Source: an uncultured Gemmatimonadota bacterium (GTDB lineage: Bacteria > SM23-81 > DAOVCL01). From it: a DNA stretch of 64,000 nucleotides. The position numbers and the translations under genes were made by a program. The stretch lies in assembly GCA_964626665.1 (NCBI GenBank), contig CAZVGK010000010.1:1-64000 (forward strand), given 5' to 3'. The notes under the pieces are model-generated. The model was not told the origin of the DNA. It did no database searches and was given only the letters and a program-made list of their open reading frames with translations. Below, in pieces: positions 40,801-49,654 of the stretch; the first letter of the stretch is position 1, and every line of letters begins with the position of its first letter.

Positions 40801-41233
40801 TCCCAATTGGTGAGGTTGAAATTGCTGGAGCCTCTTCGGTGCTTCCAACCGATTTTGGGCCTGCCACAACATTGCCAGATTGATTTAGCTTACAGAAGTA
40901 TACAGAGCCCCCTTCACGCCAGGTAAGGTAGCTGTTGCCCAATGAGTCAATGGAAATGTCGGGATTAGTAGAGGAACCAGAGGTGTTGGAAACATTTGTG
41001 TCATCAACAAGTTTGTTTCCATTATTGTCCGCCTTACAGAAATAAATTTCCCAGTTTCCATCCCTATTATCCTGCCAGGCAACATAAGAGATACCGTTTT
41101 CGTCGGTGGCAATGGTCGGATTTTCTGAGCTGGCAGAGTTGTCTGTCAGGCGGATATTGGTAGCCTGAACCACTTGATAGCAAAAAACTACAAAAAGAAA
41201 GGAAAGAAATAGAGCAAAACCTTTTTTGAACAT
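37817..41233 (-). CDS. Large secreted multidomain protein: beta-propeller repeats, carboxypeptidase-regulatory-like domain, putative papain-like domain, T9SS type-A-like CTD
   Basis: WQDNRDGNWEIY repeats, GTIAGTVT...GTYSVRASKLGY, GNCFGM/GHAV/YDPN, and NYPNPFN...RKMILLR. Confidence 0.75.
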   Translation of the reverse strand: MFKKGFALFLSFLFVVFCYQVVQATNIRLTDNSASSENPTIATDENGISYVAWQDNRDGNWEIYFCKADNNGNKLVDDTNVSNTSGSSTNPDISIDSLGNSYLTWREGGSVYFCKLNQSGNVVAGPKSVGSTEEAPAISTSPIGISSIVWKKLQISTRTLYFCRMDSSGEKIGGNLDIWDTVYPIDIEADVCVDNYGFSNVVYRRDAGWFDYRLTWCRIDTTGSITHHGYIYDSDDAVWPSIYADTTAFWVAFQENAQIKWLRDVNDAISIGSAGHSYYPKIVVDTSSHSFTVWQDNRNGNWDIYLQEVDDPDIVVGENIPITDGLEDSKSPDISIIGEKGWLIVWQDNRDGNWEIYFDRVGLGLGTIAGTVTEVRLPPAPPIPDVLIEVLQGETLVDTTTTSEEGTYSLEVNTGTYSVRASKLGYVTETEADVIVVEDETTTVDFQLPTANITLISPESGEVWVGGYTYFITWTTEGTGIDHIRLDYTTDGSNWMSITEGTPDDGSFSWETPRIGCRTVVARAYAEAIDDYIWDSDEHMFTLGFGEFVLNRDGYSFENYSDPNPDDDWDQFKDAFGFPYSTKEEAPRRIQEFFEKFKDNNALGNCFGMCLTSVFFFTEYLDVTDESLVGQEANSTYELDLIPELDHLIEKYHWYQVGRFWQEGLPGPASVFDFVKEELNYGNYDPFILEMFDFKYKGFVWWFDKTGKVLSAGHAVIVLAATQNGNTGEISVYDPNYPYPNGSEQKVIINLTDNEWDYAKPGDLDWHGKTLKLIPYSKVKAADKSDDLNLDSPDHVTAYILGPSHILFTDELGRHLGFGDGEIVEEIPGASAVPFVSQDSIVEVHTYAKCFWLPSDIDYTTKITGVDTAGHYEYGKFTNQSLFQIKEASVDTTTVDYVSYIDSISTASYTTSDSIKSYSSCLIKALPDTSGERIFSVLNTSISIGDSVNFVVSPDLASFSYINWGGPKTYDLKIEQKIGAHVDSTFYFNFSLGESTTHKFTPQNWDSLSGSQVVLEIDVGNDGSIDSTIVLDPPVAVPSAHLSGLPLTFSLSQNYPNPFNPVTTIRYALPKDYYVELTIYNILGQRVITLVDEKQTAGYKMVRWDSSSQSGNAVVSGIYFCRLKAGDFTATRKMILLR

Positions 41234-41450
41234 GTTAACCTCCCAGTTTGAAGGTTAGAAACCAATTTTCTGCCTAACTATCTTCCACAATAAGCCTCAC
41301 CTCCTTTATCCTGGGAAAATCTACCCCATCTCCCTGATCGAGCTTGCCCAGCATAATCCTGCCCTGCTGGATCTTGAGACCCTGAGCCTCTATACCCAGA
41401 GCGGGAATGAAGATGCTCGGCCTCTCTTTGCTTTGGGAATTTGAGATTTT

Positions 41451-41876
41451 CTATCTTTGTTTCACCAGTTTTAAAATCTCTTCCGTCTGCCAAACCTTGA
41501 CCACTTTCTGTTGTTGAAAGTGCTTATCATTTGTCCAAACGCCATCGTTAGGAATGGCTAAAGCCAAAGCCAAAGCGATAAAGGGGACATCATTTTCATC
41601 TATATGCCCGATTATCCTATGAGCTTCTTTTAGGAAGGGTTGGATCTTTTCCGCTGTGACAATACTTATGTTTTCAACAAGCAGATTCAACAAAACATTA
41701 ATCTCAGCTCTACTGAGACCGCTTTTCTCCACTATTGTAGGGATGTGTTTACGAATCTCCTCCAGGGAATATTCGGGAAGAAAGAACTCAAACAAGGGGT
41801 GTAGAAGTAAACTCCTTGTAGACGAATCTTTAATTAGAGAGGCCACCAGAATATTTGTATCTAACACAAGCCGCAT
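41451..41876 (-). CDS. PIN-domain toxin
   Basis: LVLDTNI, D.ND.PF.ALAL and WTNDKHF. Confidence 0.85.
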   Translation of the reverse strand: MRLVLDTNILVASLIKDSSTRSLLLHPLFEFFLPEYSLEEIRKHIPTIVEKSGLSRAEINVLLNLLVENISIVTAEKIQPFLKEAHRIIGHIDENDVPFIALALALAIPNDGVWTNDKHFQQQKVVKVWQTEEILKLVKQR

Positions 41877-42100
41877 CAGAGCTCCTTGTACTTTTTAGCA
41901 ATTCCCTCTTTTATTCTGGTGCCAATGTCCTCAGCGGTGCTCTCGGTGAGTTCGCTTTTCGTAGCGATCTCTTCGGATAGTTCTATCTTCTTTGCATATT
42001 CCCAGATTGACCTACGAGCTATCTCATCCCAACTGACTTCACTATGAAGCCTCATAACCCTTTTTAACTCCTCTGGCACCGATATTACAAGCTTTGGCAT
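41876..42100 (-). CDS. Ribbon-helix-helix-type antitoxin
   Basis: ISVPEELK..M..H.EV.W.EIAR; coupled to the PIN gene. Confidence 0.75.
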   Translation of the reverse strand: MPKLVISVPEELKRVMRLHSEVSWDEIARRSIWEYAKKIELSEEIATKSELTESTAEDIGTRIKEGIAKKYKEL

Positions 42101-42229
42101 TTCAGGTCACTCCTTGTTTAACCCCTTAGATAGCCTTTTATCATTTCGTGGAGTCCATCTTAAATTAACCATAATGATTAGAGATGTCAAGGCCTTTAGG
42201 TTTGGTAGCTTGATAATATAGAAATCCCA

Positions 42230-43225
42230 ATTTTTAGACAGGACTGACAGGATAGATAAAAATCCTGTTATTCCATCAGAGAAGCCCGGCAGCAGGCGGC
42301 TAAGGTTTTGGCTCCGATTTTTTAGTCTGGTGGGTTTTCAGTCCTCCGCACAAAGCCACGGGAGAAAAACGGAAGCTTACTCACCCACCACAAAACTTCA
42401 ATTAAGAATTAAGAATGTAGAATTAAGAATGAAAAAGGTCTTGAACACGAATCCCCCGAATAAACGAATCTACACGAATAGATTTATTTACCACGGAACT
42501 ACAAAGCTTACCACGGAAACTCACGGGAAAAAGCAATTAAGAATTAAGAATGGAGAATTAAGAATGAACAAGGTATTCTGCTATCTCAATTGAATTTAAC
42601 CGCAGATGAACGCAGATTTTCACAGATTATACAAGAATCTTCAAGAATATAGGCTTTCACCTTTTAGGTGAAAGAGGGGCTAAACTCAATTTTTATGAGT
42701 TTTTTATTTTGACTATCTTGTGATAATCTTGTGAAATCTCGTGGTTTCCTAACGCATAATTCGGGTTCAATAGTTCTGTTGAGAATAGAGCAGTGCTGAT
42801 TTATCAAGCAACTTTTCGCAGGCTACCGATTCTAGAGTGTTTGCAGTAGATTCATTTGTGGCTTTGTGCAGAGAACTTTTCATTCGTCCTTCTCGTGGCT
42901 TCCAAATAATATAATTGAAGATGGGGCCTCAATCTTACCTGAGAAATTTTATTTTTTCCATTTTAGACAGGATTGACGGGATGAACAGGATAAATAAAAA
43001 TCATGTAAGTCCTGTTATCCCGTCAGGGAAGTTCAGCCATAGGCGACTAAGTCCATCAAATTTCGGATCATCATGTCAACTAATTTTAGAATAGTGCAGG
43101 TTAAAAACAAAACCCCCTTGCCGTTGAGGCAAGAGGGTAACTGTCAGGATTAGGCGGGACTATAAGAGGGTGGCAGAATCAGGGTTTTGCCACCTCAGTT
43201 TTCCCGTCAGGGCAGGAGCCCTACC
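42230..43225. repeat. Mosaic of short-repeat and REP-like elements
   Basis: gacaggat/atcctgt arrays, aattaag heptamers, cacgga/cacgaat arrays and ggtggg...cccacc hairpins; copies occur elsewhere in the window. Confidence 0.7.
43103..43138 (-). terminator. Probable intrinsic terminator after the anti-sigma gene
   Basis: ccc(c)cttgcc...ggcaagaggg stem with an A-run on its left, giving a U-tract on the minus strand. Confidence 0.55.
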
Positions 43226-43232
43226 AGCACGA

Positions 43233-44093
43233 CTACCGGATAATGTCATGAACAATCGTCAAGAGGGAATCGGCTTGGGTGGCATATGTCCTTCTCTGAT
43301 CTCTGATCCCTTCCAGTAGGGGGACAGCCCTATCCGCATCCCCCTGTAATAGATATGCTTGGGCCAGATACCAGCGGCTTTTGGCATTGAGAGAGTATTG
43401 GGTCAAGCCATCTGCTTTGGTCAATGCTTCGATTGCCCGTTCGGCTTGGCGATCAAGATAATAGCATATCCCCAGGTATAACCACCACGATCCGTTATCC
43501 GGAGCTTTTTCCACCGCATTTTTCAGATTGGCAATGGCGTCTTTGTAATCCTCTACTAAGTAATCATTCATCCCCTCGTGGAATAGATGCTCCGCCTCGG
43601 TTACCATTTCACCTCGCAGTTTTTGAGGTCGGTAGGGCAGCTTTTCAAAGGAGAGATAGGTTAGGTAGGGGTTATCAGGATGGTGGAAAAGGGGCAGTAT
43701 TGCGAATAGAAGTAACGCAGTTACCACTACTACGGCAGGTGCCAAAATCCGGGGTTTACTGAATGCCTTAAGCCCTTGTAGAATCTTCTCCCAAACGTTT
43801 TTTGGGGAAGTCTTTTGAATCCGGTCGGGTCGAGACAGAGCCAACAGCCGTTCCCTGAGGGACTCAAGACTGATTCCCTCGACGTGTAATCCTTGGGCGA
43901 TCTCTGCCTTATGTCTTCGCATAGTGGAAATAGTTGGAAGCATCTCTTCAAGCTCGTGACGGCAGAAATCGCACTCCATAAGGTGTTCCTCAAAGCGATC
44001 ACGTTCCTCATCCCCCAATTGTCCCATCTCATACTGGGTAATGAACGCTCCCACTTGGGGATCTATACATTCGTTCATTTTGTTACTTTTCAT
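43233..44093 (-). CDS. Membrane-anchored anti-sigma factor (zf-HC2/ZAS) with extracytoplasmic TPR domain
   Basis: FEEHLMECDFC (HxxxCxxC), one TM helix and C-terminal TPR-like helices. Confidence 0.8.
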   Translation of the reverse strand: MKSNKMNECIDPQVGAFITQYEMGQLGDEERDRFEEHLMECDFCRHELEEMLPTISTMRRHKAEIAQGLHVEGISLESLRERLLALSRPDRIQKTSPKNVWEKILQGLKAFSKPRILAPAVVVVTALLLFAILPLFHHPDNPYLTYLSFEKLPYRPQKLRGEMVTEAEHLFHEGMNDYLVEDYKDAIANLKNAVEKAPDNGSWWLYLGICYYLDRQAERAIEALTKADGLTQYSLNAKSRWYLAQAYLLQGDADRAVPLLEGIRDQRRTYATQADSLLTIVHDIIR

Positions 44094-44342
44094 CCTTAAA
44101 ATGCGTCTATGTTTTTCTTTGCTCCAAGCGCTAAAGGATTCCGTCAGGGCAGGAGCCCTGACGGCACAGGGCGCTGCAGGCTAAAGCCTGCGGCTACCTA
44201 CTGGAACCGGTTTGAGGGAAGCAGACCTAAGAGTCCTTCCTTACGGAATGTTTTTCCTCTCTTGTCGTCAGGTGAGGACACCTGACGGCTCGTGGAGGGT
44301 ACTTTGTGCCTTAGTGCCTTCGTGGCATATGAATTATTCAGG

Positions 44343-44975
44343 TTAGATCTGATCTTTTACTAATTTTCTCAGTCTCCGGCGACAATCGAATACCCTTTTG
44401 TCAAAAGTCGATCGGTGTAAGTCTGGTTCCACCTCCCGGGAAAGATGCCACACCTCTCCAATGGTTTGGTCTTCCAAAATGGCGAGAAAGAAAGTCTGGC
44501 AAAAGAGTGAGAGTTTCTTTATAACCTTACGGATATAATCTGCTAAGTCTTTGGTTTCCAAATCATCGGTGAAGTTTCCCCCCGCTTGGGCTATGTTGCC
44601 ACCCGTCTCTTCTCCAGATACCTCTTCAATGGGAACCTGCCCTTCGCTTGATCCTACTGCTATCACTCTTTTATGGGTCCTCAGCGCGTCCCCGATCTTG
44701 TGTCGCAGGACCTCCAGGGTGTAGAGGTGGGGATTGGACTTGATCTGATCCAGCTTTTGTAGGAACACAACCAGCGTATCCTGTAGGATATCTTCAAGCT
44801 CCTCGGAAGACCATCCCCATAATCTATATTGCAGAATGGGACCTAATCTTACCTTGATTTTTCCACAGAGATCATTTCGAGACCCCCGATCTCCATCTTG
44901 TGCCCTCTTCAAGAGCCCATCCCAGTCAATGAGTTCCACATCAGCCAATGGTTTTTCTTCACTAGCCGTCTTCAT
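44343..44975 (-). CDS. ECF-type sigma-70 factor
   Basis: Region 2 (EDILQDTL.VF) and region 4 (IKKLS..CQ...R...CRRRLRKL); adjacent to the anti-sigma. Confidence 0.75.
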   Translation of the reverse strand: MKTASEEKPLADVELIDWDGLLKRAQDGDRGSRNDLCGKIKVRLGPILQYRLWGWSSEELEDILQDTLVVFLQKLDQIKSNPHLYTLEVLRHKIGDALRTHKRVIAVGSSEGQVPIEEVSGEETGGNIAQAGGNFTDDLETKDLADYIRKVIKKLSLFCQTFFLAILEDQTIGEVWHLSREVEPDLHRSTFDKRVFDCRRRLRKLVKDQI

Positions 44976-45215
44976 AACGCAAGGACTTAAAATTTATGTG
45001 ACTTCTTTGACAGGATAACAGGATTTTCACGATTTAAACTACTCAAGAAAACGCCGAATGACACCGAAACCACCGAGTAAAGAACACAAACCCAATTTAA
45101 CAGGCATTTTTAGGTGGGATTCCCCTTTTGATTTCTTGTCATACTGGTGATTAATGCATAGTGTAGCTTATTTATCCTGTTTATCCTGTCAATCCTGTCC
45201 AAATTTGCCTCTCCG

Positions 45216-48200
45216 TTACTCAATCCTCCAATCCCCTAAGGCGATGAAGGCTCCCCAGCTATAGGGATGGTCGGATTGACCCTTCTTTCTCAGCTCTTTT
45301 ATTCGATCCACTGCCATCTTTTGCATTAGCTGCGATATGTTCCCCCTCTTGGCACCGTAGAGCTTCCCCATCAACTCAGCGGTGGCCTGGTCCGATACGG
45401 GCCAAAGTGCACTGATCACCGTGCGTGTACCGGCCATCTGGAAGGCACGTCTCAATCCATACACACCCTCTCCTGATTTTACCTCCCCCAAACCAGTCTC
45501 GCAGGCGGAAAGCACCACCAGCTCGGTTCCCTCCAGGTTCATCCCAGCTACCTCTTCTGCAGTCAATACCCCATCCTCACAACCGAGGCTGTCTGCTCCC
45601 TTCCCATGAAGGTTAGAACCGGCCAAAAACAGACCAGAGTGAAGCAGGGGGTTCTCCCCCACAAAGGTTTCCAATGGATCGATACTTCTCCGCTGGGGCC
45701 TCTGTAAATACTCCGGAGAGATGAAATAACCATGGGTGGCCAGATGGATTATCCTTGAGCCAGGAGCATCGGCCTTGAAGGTTTCCTCACTGGCTTGTGC
45801 ACCCAGATAGACCTTCTCTGATTCTTTGCTTTCTTCTTTCCATTTCTTCGCTATCAATTCAACCTCTTGTCGGGTTTGGGGCAGACGGGAAACTCTCGTA
45901 TCGCTCAGTTTTTTACAGCCGGAGCGGACATTGCGAACAATGGGGAAAACGGAGGCAAGGAGGGTATCAGCAGGAGCTTGTATCGGTTTTGTTGATAGGC
46001 GTGCCGAAGCCGGGGCATCGTAATCCGGGTCACCCAATGCCAACAGCCCAAATCCACGGGGAGGCCTCTCCTTCAGTCTGAGCAGATCACGTCCCGAGGA
46101 AAGATAGTGGATAGGATATTTCTCGATTAAGTATTTCCCTGTAGCATCCATTAAACCGGCAAAGGAGACCAGATTCAAGGCGCCATCCGGGGCGATGAAA
46201 ACGATCTTTGCCCCACTCAGCCTCCCTTCGATGGGCTTCCAAACCAGACTGTATATCTCATCTGATATTCTCTTAAAGTCCCTTTCATCGATCATCTTCG
46301 GGAACTGGAAGTGGGATCGATACCAAGAAACAGATGAATCTATCTTTGCTGCCTGCCCCAGGTCAAGGGTGAATACTTCATTCTCGCTGTTCAGCACTAC
46401 GGCAAGGTAATGGGACTCCGTCTTTCCTCTGGGCTTGCTGTAGCTGTATTTCATATATTCAACCAAGGCAGAGCCGGTTGGAAGACATCGGGAGACTTTT
46501 CTGGAATCTACCTCCCAGACCTCCAGTTCCCTTCTAAAGCTGGCGCTCCTCCGGGCCAACTCCGACTCCAACCGCTCCTTCTCTGCATTTGCTTGGGCAA
46601 GTTTATCTTTATAACCTTCGGGATGTTCCTCGTCTGGACCCTTAACCCACAGCTTCGCTAAAGTGAAGCGGGCAAGCCTCAGCGAATCTGCCAATGACAT
46701 AAGGCTGCTATCCGTCTCTTGGAAAAGGGCCCTTTGACGGGCGAAGATCCCATCTGAGACCTGTCCCTTGGAGGAGAGGGCTACATTAGCTATCTCCCTC
46801 GAACAGCTTGAGCCCGTATCAGGGGAATCACACAGGATGGATAGGTAAGTTCCGGCCTCATCCCTCATAAATTTTGAGTAGAGGAGGACGTTTTTTTCGG
46901 AGAGGACCTCAAAGCCGTCCCGGAAATTTTTGCGGCGGATACCATAGGCTCTCTTTGCCAATCTTCTCGCATCAAACCATCTTCTCTGATCCTTGTAAAG
47001 AACTGTCGATCCACTCAGACACGCTGCCACCTCTGGGTGATCAGGACCGAAGGTTTTCTCAAGGATCCCCAGCGCCCGGTTGCAAAGCGTGTCAGCCTCG
47101 GCGTATTTGCTCTGATTGACATATAGAACTGCCAAGTTGGTTAGACCCCTAGCTACTCTCAGATGATCAGGGCCAAGGGCTTTCTCCCAGATCTTCAGCG
47201 CCCGTTTATAAAGCACCTCAGCCTCGGCGTATCTACCTTGATCGTTATATAGAGTCCCCAGGCTGAATAGGCTTCCAGCCACTAACGGGTGATCAGCCCC
47301 GTGGGTCTCCTCCCGAATCTTCAGCGCCCGCTTATAAAGCGGCTCAGCCTCGGCGTATCTGTCCTGATTGACATATAAATTCCCCAGGTTGTTTAGGCTT
47401 ATAGCCACGCTCGGATGATCAGGGCCGTCGGACTTCTCCTTAATCGCAAGTGCCTGCTTGTAAAGCAACTCAGCAGCAGCATATCTACCCCAGCTGTGAT
47501 ATAGTCTCCCTAAGTCACTTAGGCTTCCACCCACGTACGGATGATCAGGGCCAAGGGCCTTCTCCCAAATCTTCAGCGCCCGCTTATAAAGCGGCTCAGC
47601 CTCGGCGTATCTACCCTCATTGACATATAGAGCCCCCAGGTTGTGTAGGCTTACAGCCACCTTCGGATGATCAGGGCCAAGGGCTTTCTCCCAGATCTTC
47701 AGCGCCCGTTTATGAATCGGTTCAATATCGGCATATCTGCCCTGATCGCTATATAGAAGCGCCAAGTTGTTCAGACCCACAGCCACCTTCGGATGATCAG
47801 GGCCAAGGGCCTTTTCCCAAATCTTCAGCCCCCGTTTGTAAAGCGGCTCAGCCTCGGCGTATCTGCCCTGCTTAGCCTGTAGAATCGCCAGACTGTTCAA
47901 ACTCCCAGCCAGATATGGGTGGTTAGGGTCGAGAGTTTTCTCCCGAATATCTAGCGCTCCTTCATGAAGCGATTCAGCCTCGGCGTATCTACCCTGATCC
48001 TCATATAGATTCGCCAGGTTGTATAGGATTATAGCCACCTCCGGGTGATTAGTGCTGAAGGTTTTCTCCCGAATATCTAGTGCTCGTTTATAAAGCGGTT
48101 CAGCCTCGGCGTATCTACCTTGCGTTCTGAACAATATCCCCAGGCCGTTCAGGACTGTAGCCACCTTAGGGTGATCAGGACCCAGGGCTTTCTCACAGAT

Positions 48201-48497
48201 CTCCAGCGCTCGTCTCCAAAACGACTCGGCATCGGCGTACCCGGCCTGATAGTAATGGAGTTTTCCCAAGCTGTGCAACACAGATGCCACAGTCGTATCT
48301 GACTTCCCAAATTGTACTTCGGCCTTTTGGAGGGCAGCTTCAGCTATCACAACCGCTGAGTCCAGATTCCCAGCTTCCGAAAGCGAGTCCGCCTGGCCCA
48401 TCAAATCCTTCCAGGTCTGCCCAGAAGCAGAATAGCCGGATAAAAGGAGAATGAGAACGCCCAAGCCGAATATGACGACCAACAATCTCTTCATCAT
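45216..48497 (-). CDS. Exported TPR-repeat CHAT (caspase-like) protease
   Basis: Signal peptide, about 10-11 kinesin-light-chain-like 42-aa TPRs, and a CHAT domain with IHLATHG, VLSACETG and HPYSWGAF. Confidence 0.9.
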   Translation of the reverse strand: MMKRLLVVIFGLGVLILLLSGYSASGQTWKDLMGQADSLSEAGNLDSAVVIAEAALQKAEVQFGKSDTTVASVLHSLGKLHYYQAGYADAESFWRRALEICEKALGPDHPKVATVLNGLGILFRTQGRYAEAEPLYKRALDIREKTFSTNHPEVAIILYNLANLYEDQGRYAEAESLHEGALDIREKTLDPNHPYLAGSLNSLAILQAKQGRYAEAEPLYKRGLKIWEKALGPDHPKVAVGLNNLALLYSDQGRYADIEPIHKRALKIWEKALGPDHPKVAVSLHNLGALYVNEGRYAEAEPLYKRALKIWEKALGPDHPYVGGSLSDLGRLYHSWGRYAAAELLYKQALAIKEKSDGPDHPSVAISLNNLGNLYVNQDRYAEAEPLYKRALKIREETHGADHPLVAGSLFSLGTLYNDQGRYAEAEVLYKRALKIWEKALGPDHLRVARGLTNLAVLYVNQSKYAEADTLCNRALGILEKTFGPDHPEVAACLSGSTVLYKDQRRWFDARRLAKRAYGIRRKNFRDGFEVLSEKNVLLYSKFMRDEAGTYLSILCDSPDTGSSCSREIANVALSSKGQVSDGIFARQRALFQETDSSLMSLADSLRLARFTLAKLWVKGPDEEHPEGYKDKLAQANAEKERLESELARRSASFRRELEVWEVDSRKVSRCLPTGSALVEYMKYSYSKPRGKTESHYLAVVLNSENEVFTLDLGQAAKIDSSVSWYRSHFQFPKMIDERDFKRISDEIYSLVWKPIEGRLSGAKIVFIAPDGALNLVSFAGLMDATGKYLIEKYPIHYLSSGRDLLRLKERPPRGFGLLALGDPDYDAPASARLSTKPIQAPADTLLASVFPIVRNVRSGCKKLSDTRVSRLPQTRQEVELIAKKWKEESKESEKVYLGAQASEETFKADAPGSRIIHLATHGYFISPEYLQRPQRRSIDPLETFVGENPLLHSGLFLAGSNLHGKGADSLGCEDGVLTAEEVAGMNLEGTELVVLSACETGLGEVKSGEGVYGLRRAFQMAGTRTVISALWPVSDQATAELMGKLYGAKRGNISQLMQKMAVDRIKELRKKGQSDHPYSWGAFIALGDWRIE
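47030..48290 (-). repeat. Intragenic 126-bp tandem repeats encoding the TPRs
   Basis: gcctcggcgtatct recurs at multiples of 126 bp (e.g. 47221 and 47347). Confidence 0.85.
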
Positions 48498-48900
48498 ATT
48501 CCCTCCTTCTCAAGGAAACATTTACTGATCACAACTTATACCTGCTGATTAATATGGTGACACTTCACCACGGAATCTCACGGAATTACATAGCGCGGCA
48601 AAGCCGCAACCAAACAAGGGCCACAGATTACACGGATTTCACTGAATTTCTGGAACACGAATGACACGAATAAACGAATCTACACGAATAGATAAGAAAA
48701 TCATAACGATTCACCACGGAATCTCACGGAATTACACTGAGATCCTTTGTCAATGAATTCTTTGTGAAGCAACTTGCTTGGTTCTAATCCCCCGCTCGTG
48801 TGCATGTTATCATCTACAAAATGATTTCTCTCGTCAGGGCAGGAGCCCTGACGGCACAGGAAATTTTATGGCTTCATACTTTCTTCCTGTGTATAGGGGA

Positions 48901-48929
48901 AATATAACTTGGTTGGGATGGGGAGTCAA
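48901..48929 (-). promoter_or_regulatory. Putative sigma70 promoter upstream of the CHAT-sigma locus
   Basis: TTGACT-17bp-TATATT on the minus strand. Confidence 0.45.
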
Positions 48930-49158
48930 GCTTCAAATTTCCTTCGAAGCATGGAAACAAGACCACTGATGTATGCTGAGGAGATCGGACAGACCTGAAG
49001 GTCTGTCCCTACAGAACTATATCAATTGAGCGGTCAGATCCCCTGATCTGATCAGAGGGAGGGTGGCAGAACAGGGTTCTACCACCTCGGTATCAACTAT
49101 GCTTAGCTTTGGAATGATTAAAAGAAATAGGAGATGTTCCAAAGAGCCATCTTTCCCC

Positions 49159-49187
49159 TTGACAGGTGAGGGTAGCTTCATTAAATT
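49159..49187 (+). promoter_or_regulatory. Putative sigma70 promoter
   Basis: TTGACA-17bp-TAAATT upstream of the 66-aa ORF. Confidence 0.55.
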
Positions 49188-49244
49188 AAGTAGGCAAATT
49201 AGTTATGTGGATAGTGAAAAATCTTTTTGAAGTGAGGTAGAGGA

Positions 49245-49445
49245 ATGGCCAAGAAAGATAGAAGTTTTGCTGCCAAGATGGCCAGGAGCACAGCGGTAAA
49301 GGGGGAGATCTGTCCGGTGTGTGGAGGGGCAATTCAGCCCGTGATTTACATCAAATCTGAGAGGTCACCTCTAACAGGGGCGTGGAGGTTCAAACGGAGC
49401 ACGGTGAAGGTTTGTAAATGTAACCATAAGGAGATATATGGATAG
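49245..49445 (+). CDS. Small basic zinc-ribbon-like protein
   Basis: RBS GAGG; MAKKDRSFAAK, CPVC...CKC and S.LTGAWRF. Confidence 0.75.
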   Translation: MAKKDRSFAAKMARSTAVKGEICPVCGGAIQPVIYIKSERSPLTGAWRFKRSTVKVCKCNHKEIYG

Positions 49446-49559
49446 AAAATGAAGAATTAAGAATGGAGAATTAAGAATTAAAAATGAGGGAAACTGTTGG
49501 TCTTGGGTGGTTTGGGCGAGGGGGGTGGAGTTGAGCTAAGGGAGATTAGGTTTGAACTC

Positions 49560-49588
49560 AACCAAGGTTTGTGCCTTGGTTTTTTTTG
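49560..49588 (+). terminator. Intrinsic terminator
   Basis: aaccaagg-loop-ccttggtt followed by a T-run. Confidence 0.65.
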
Positions 49589-49654
49589 TGAAAAAAATAA
49601 CTTGCCAACCCCAAAATTTTCTTTAGATTGATAGGGAAATGGAAAGGAGCCTCT

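Noticed and set aside
42345-42375. gcacaaagccacggg (also gcaaagcc at ~2481) as a c-di-GMP-I riboswitch
   Set aside because: The GGCAAAC/GNRA P2 architecture is missing, and the 42345 sequence is part of a dispersed repeat also found at ~53190.
42330-42593. 87-aa ORF (QLRIKNVELRMKK...)
   Set aside because: It is a translation of heptamer and other repeat tracts, with no RBS or protein-like features.
47030-48290. 126-bp periodic repeats as a CRISPR or other non-coding array
   Set aside because: They are in-frame TPR-coding repeats of the CHAT protein.
48560-48740. Repeated ttcaccacggaatctcacggaattaca as a possible CRISPR array
   Set aside because: Only two copies ~147 bp apart with low-complexity sequence between them. 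The motif is dispersed across the window and no cas genes are present.
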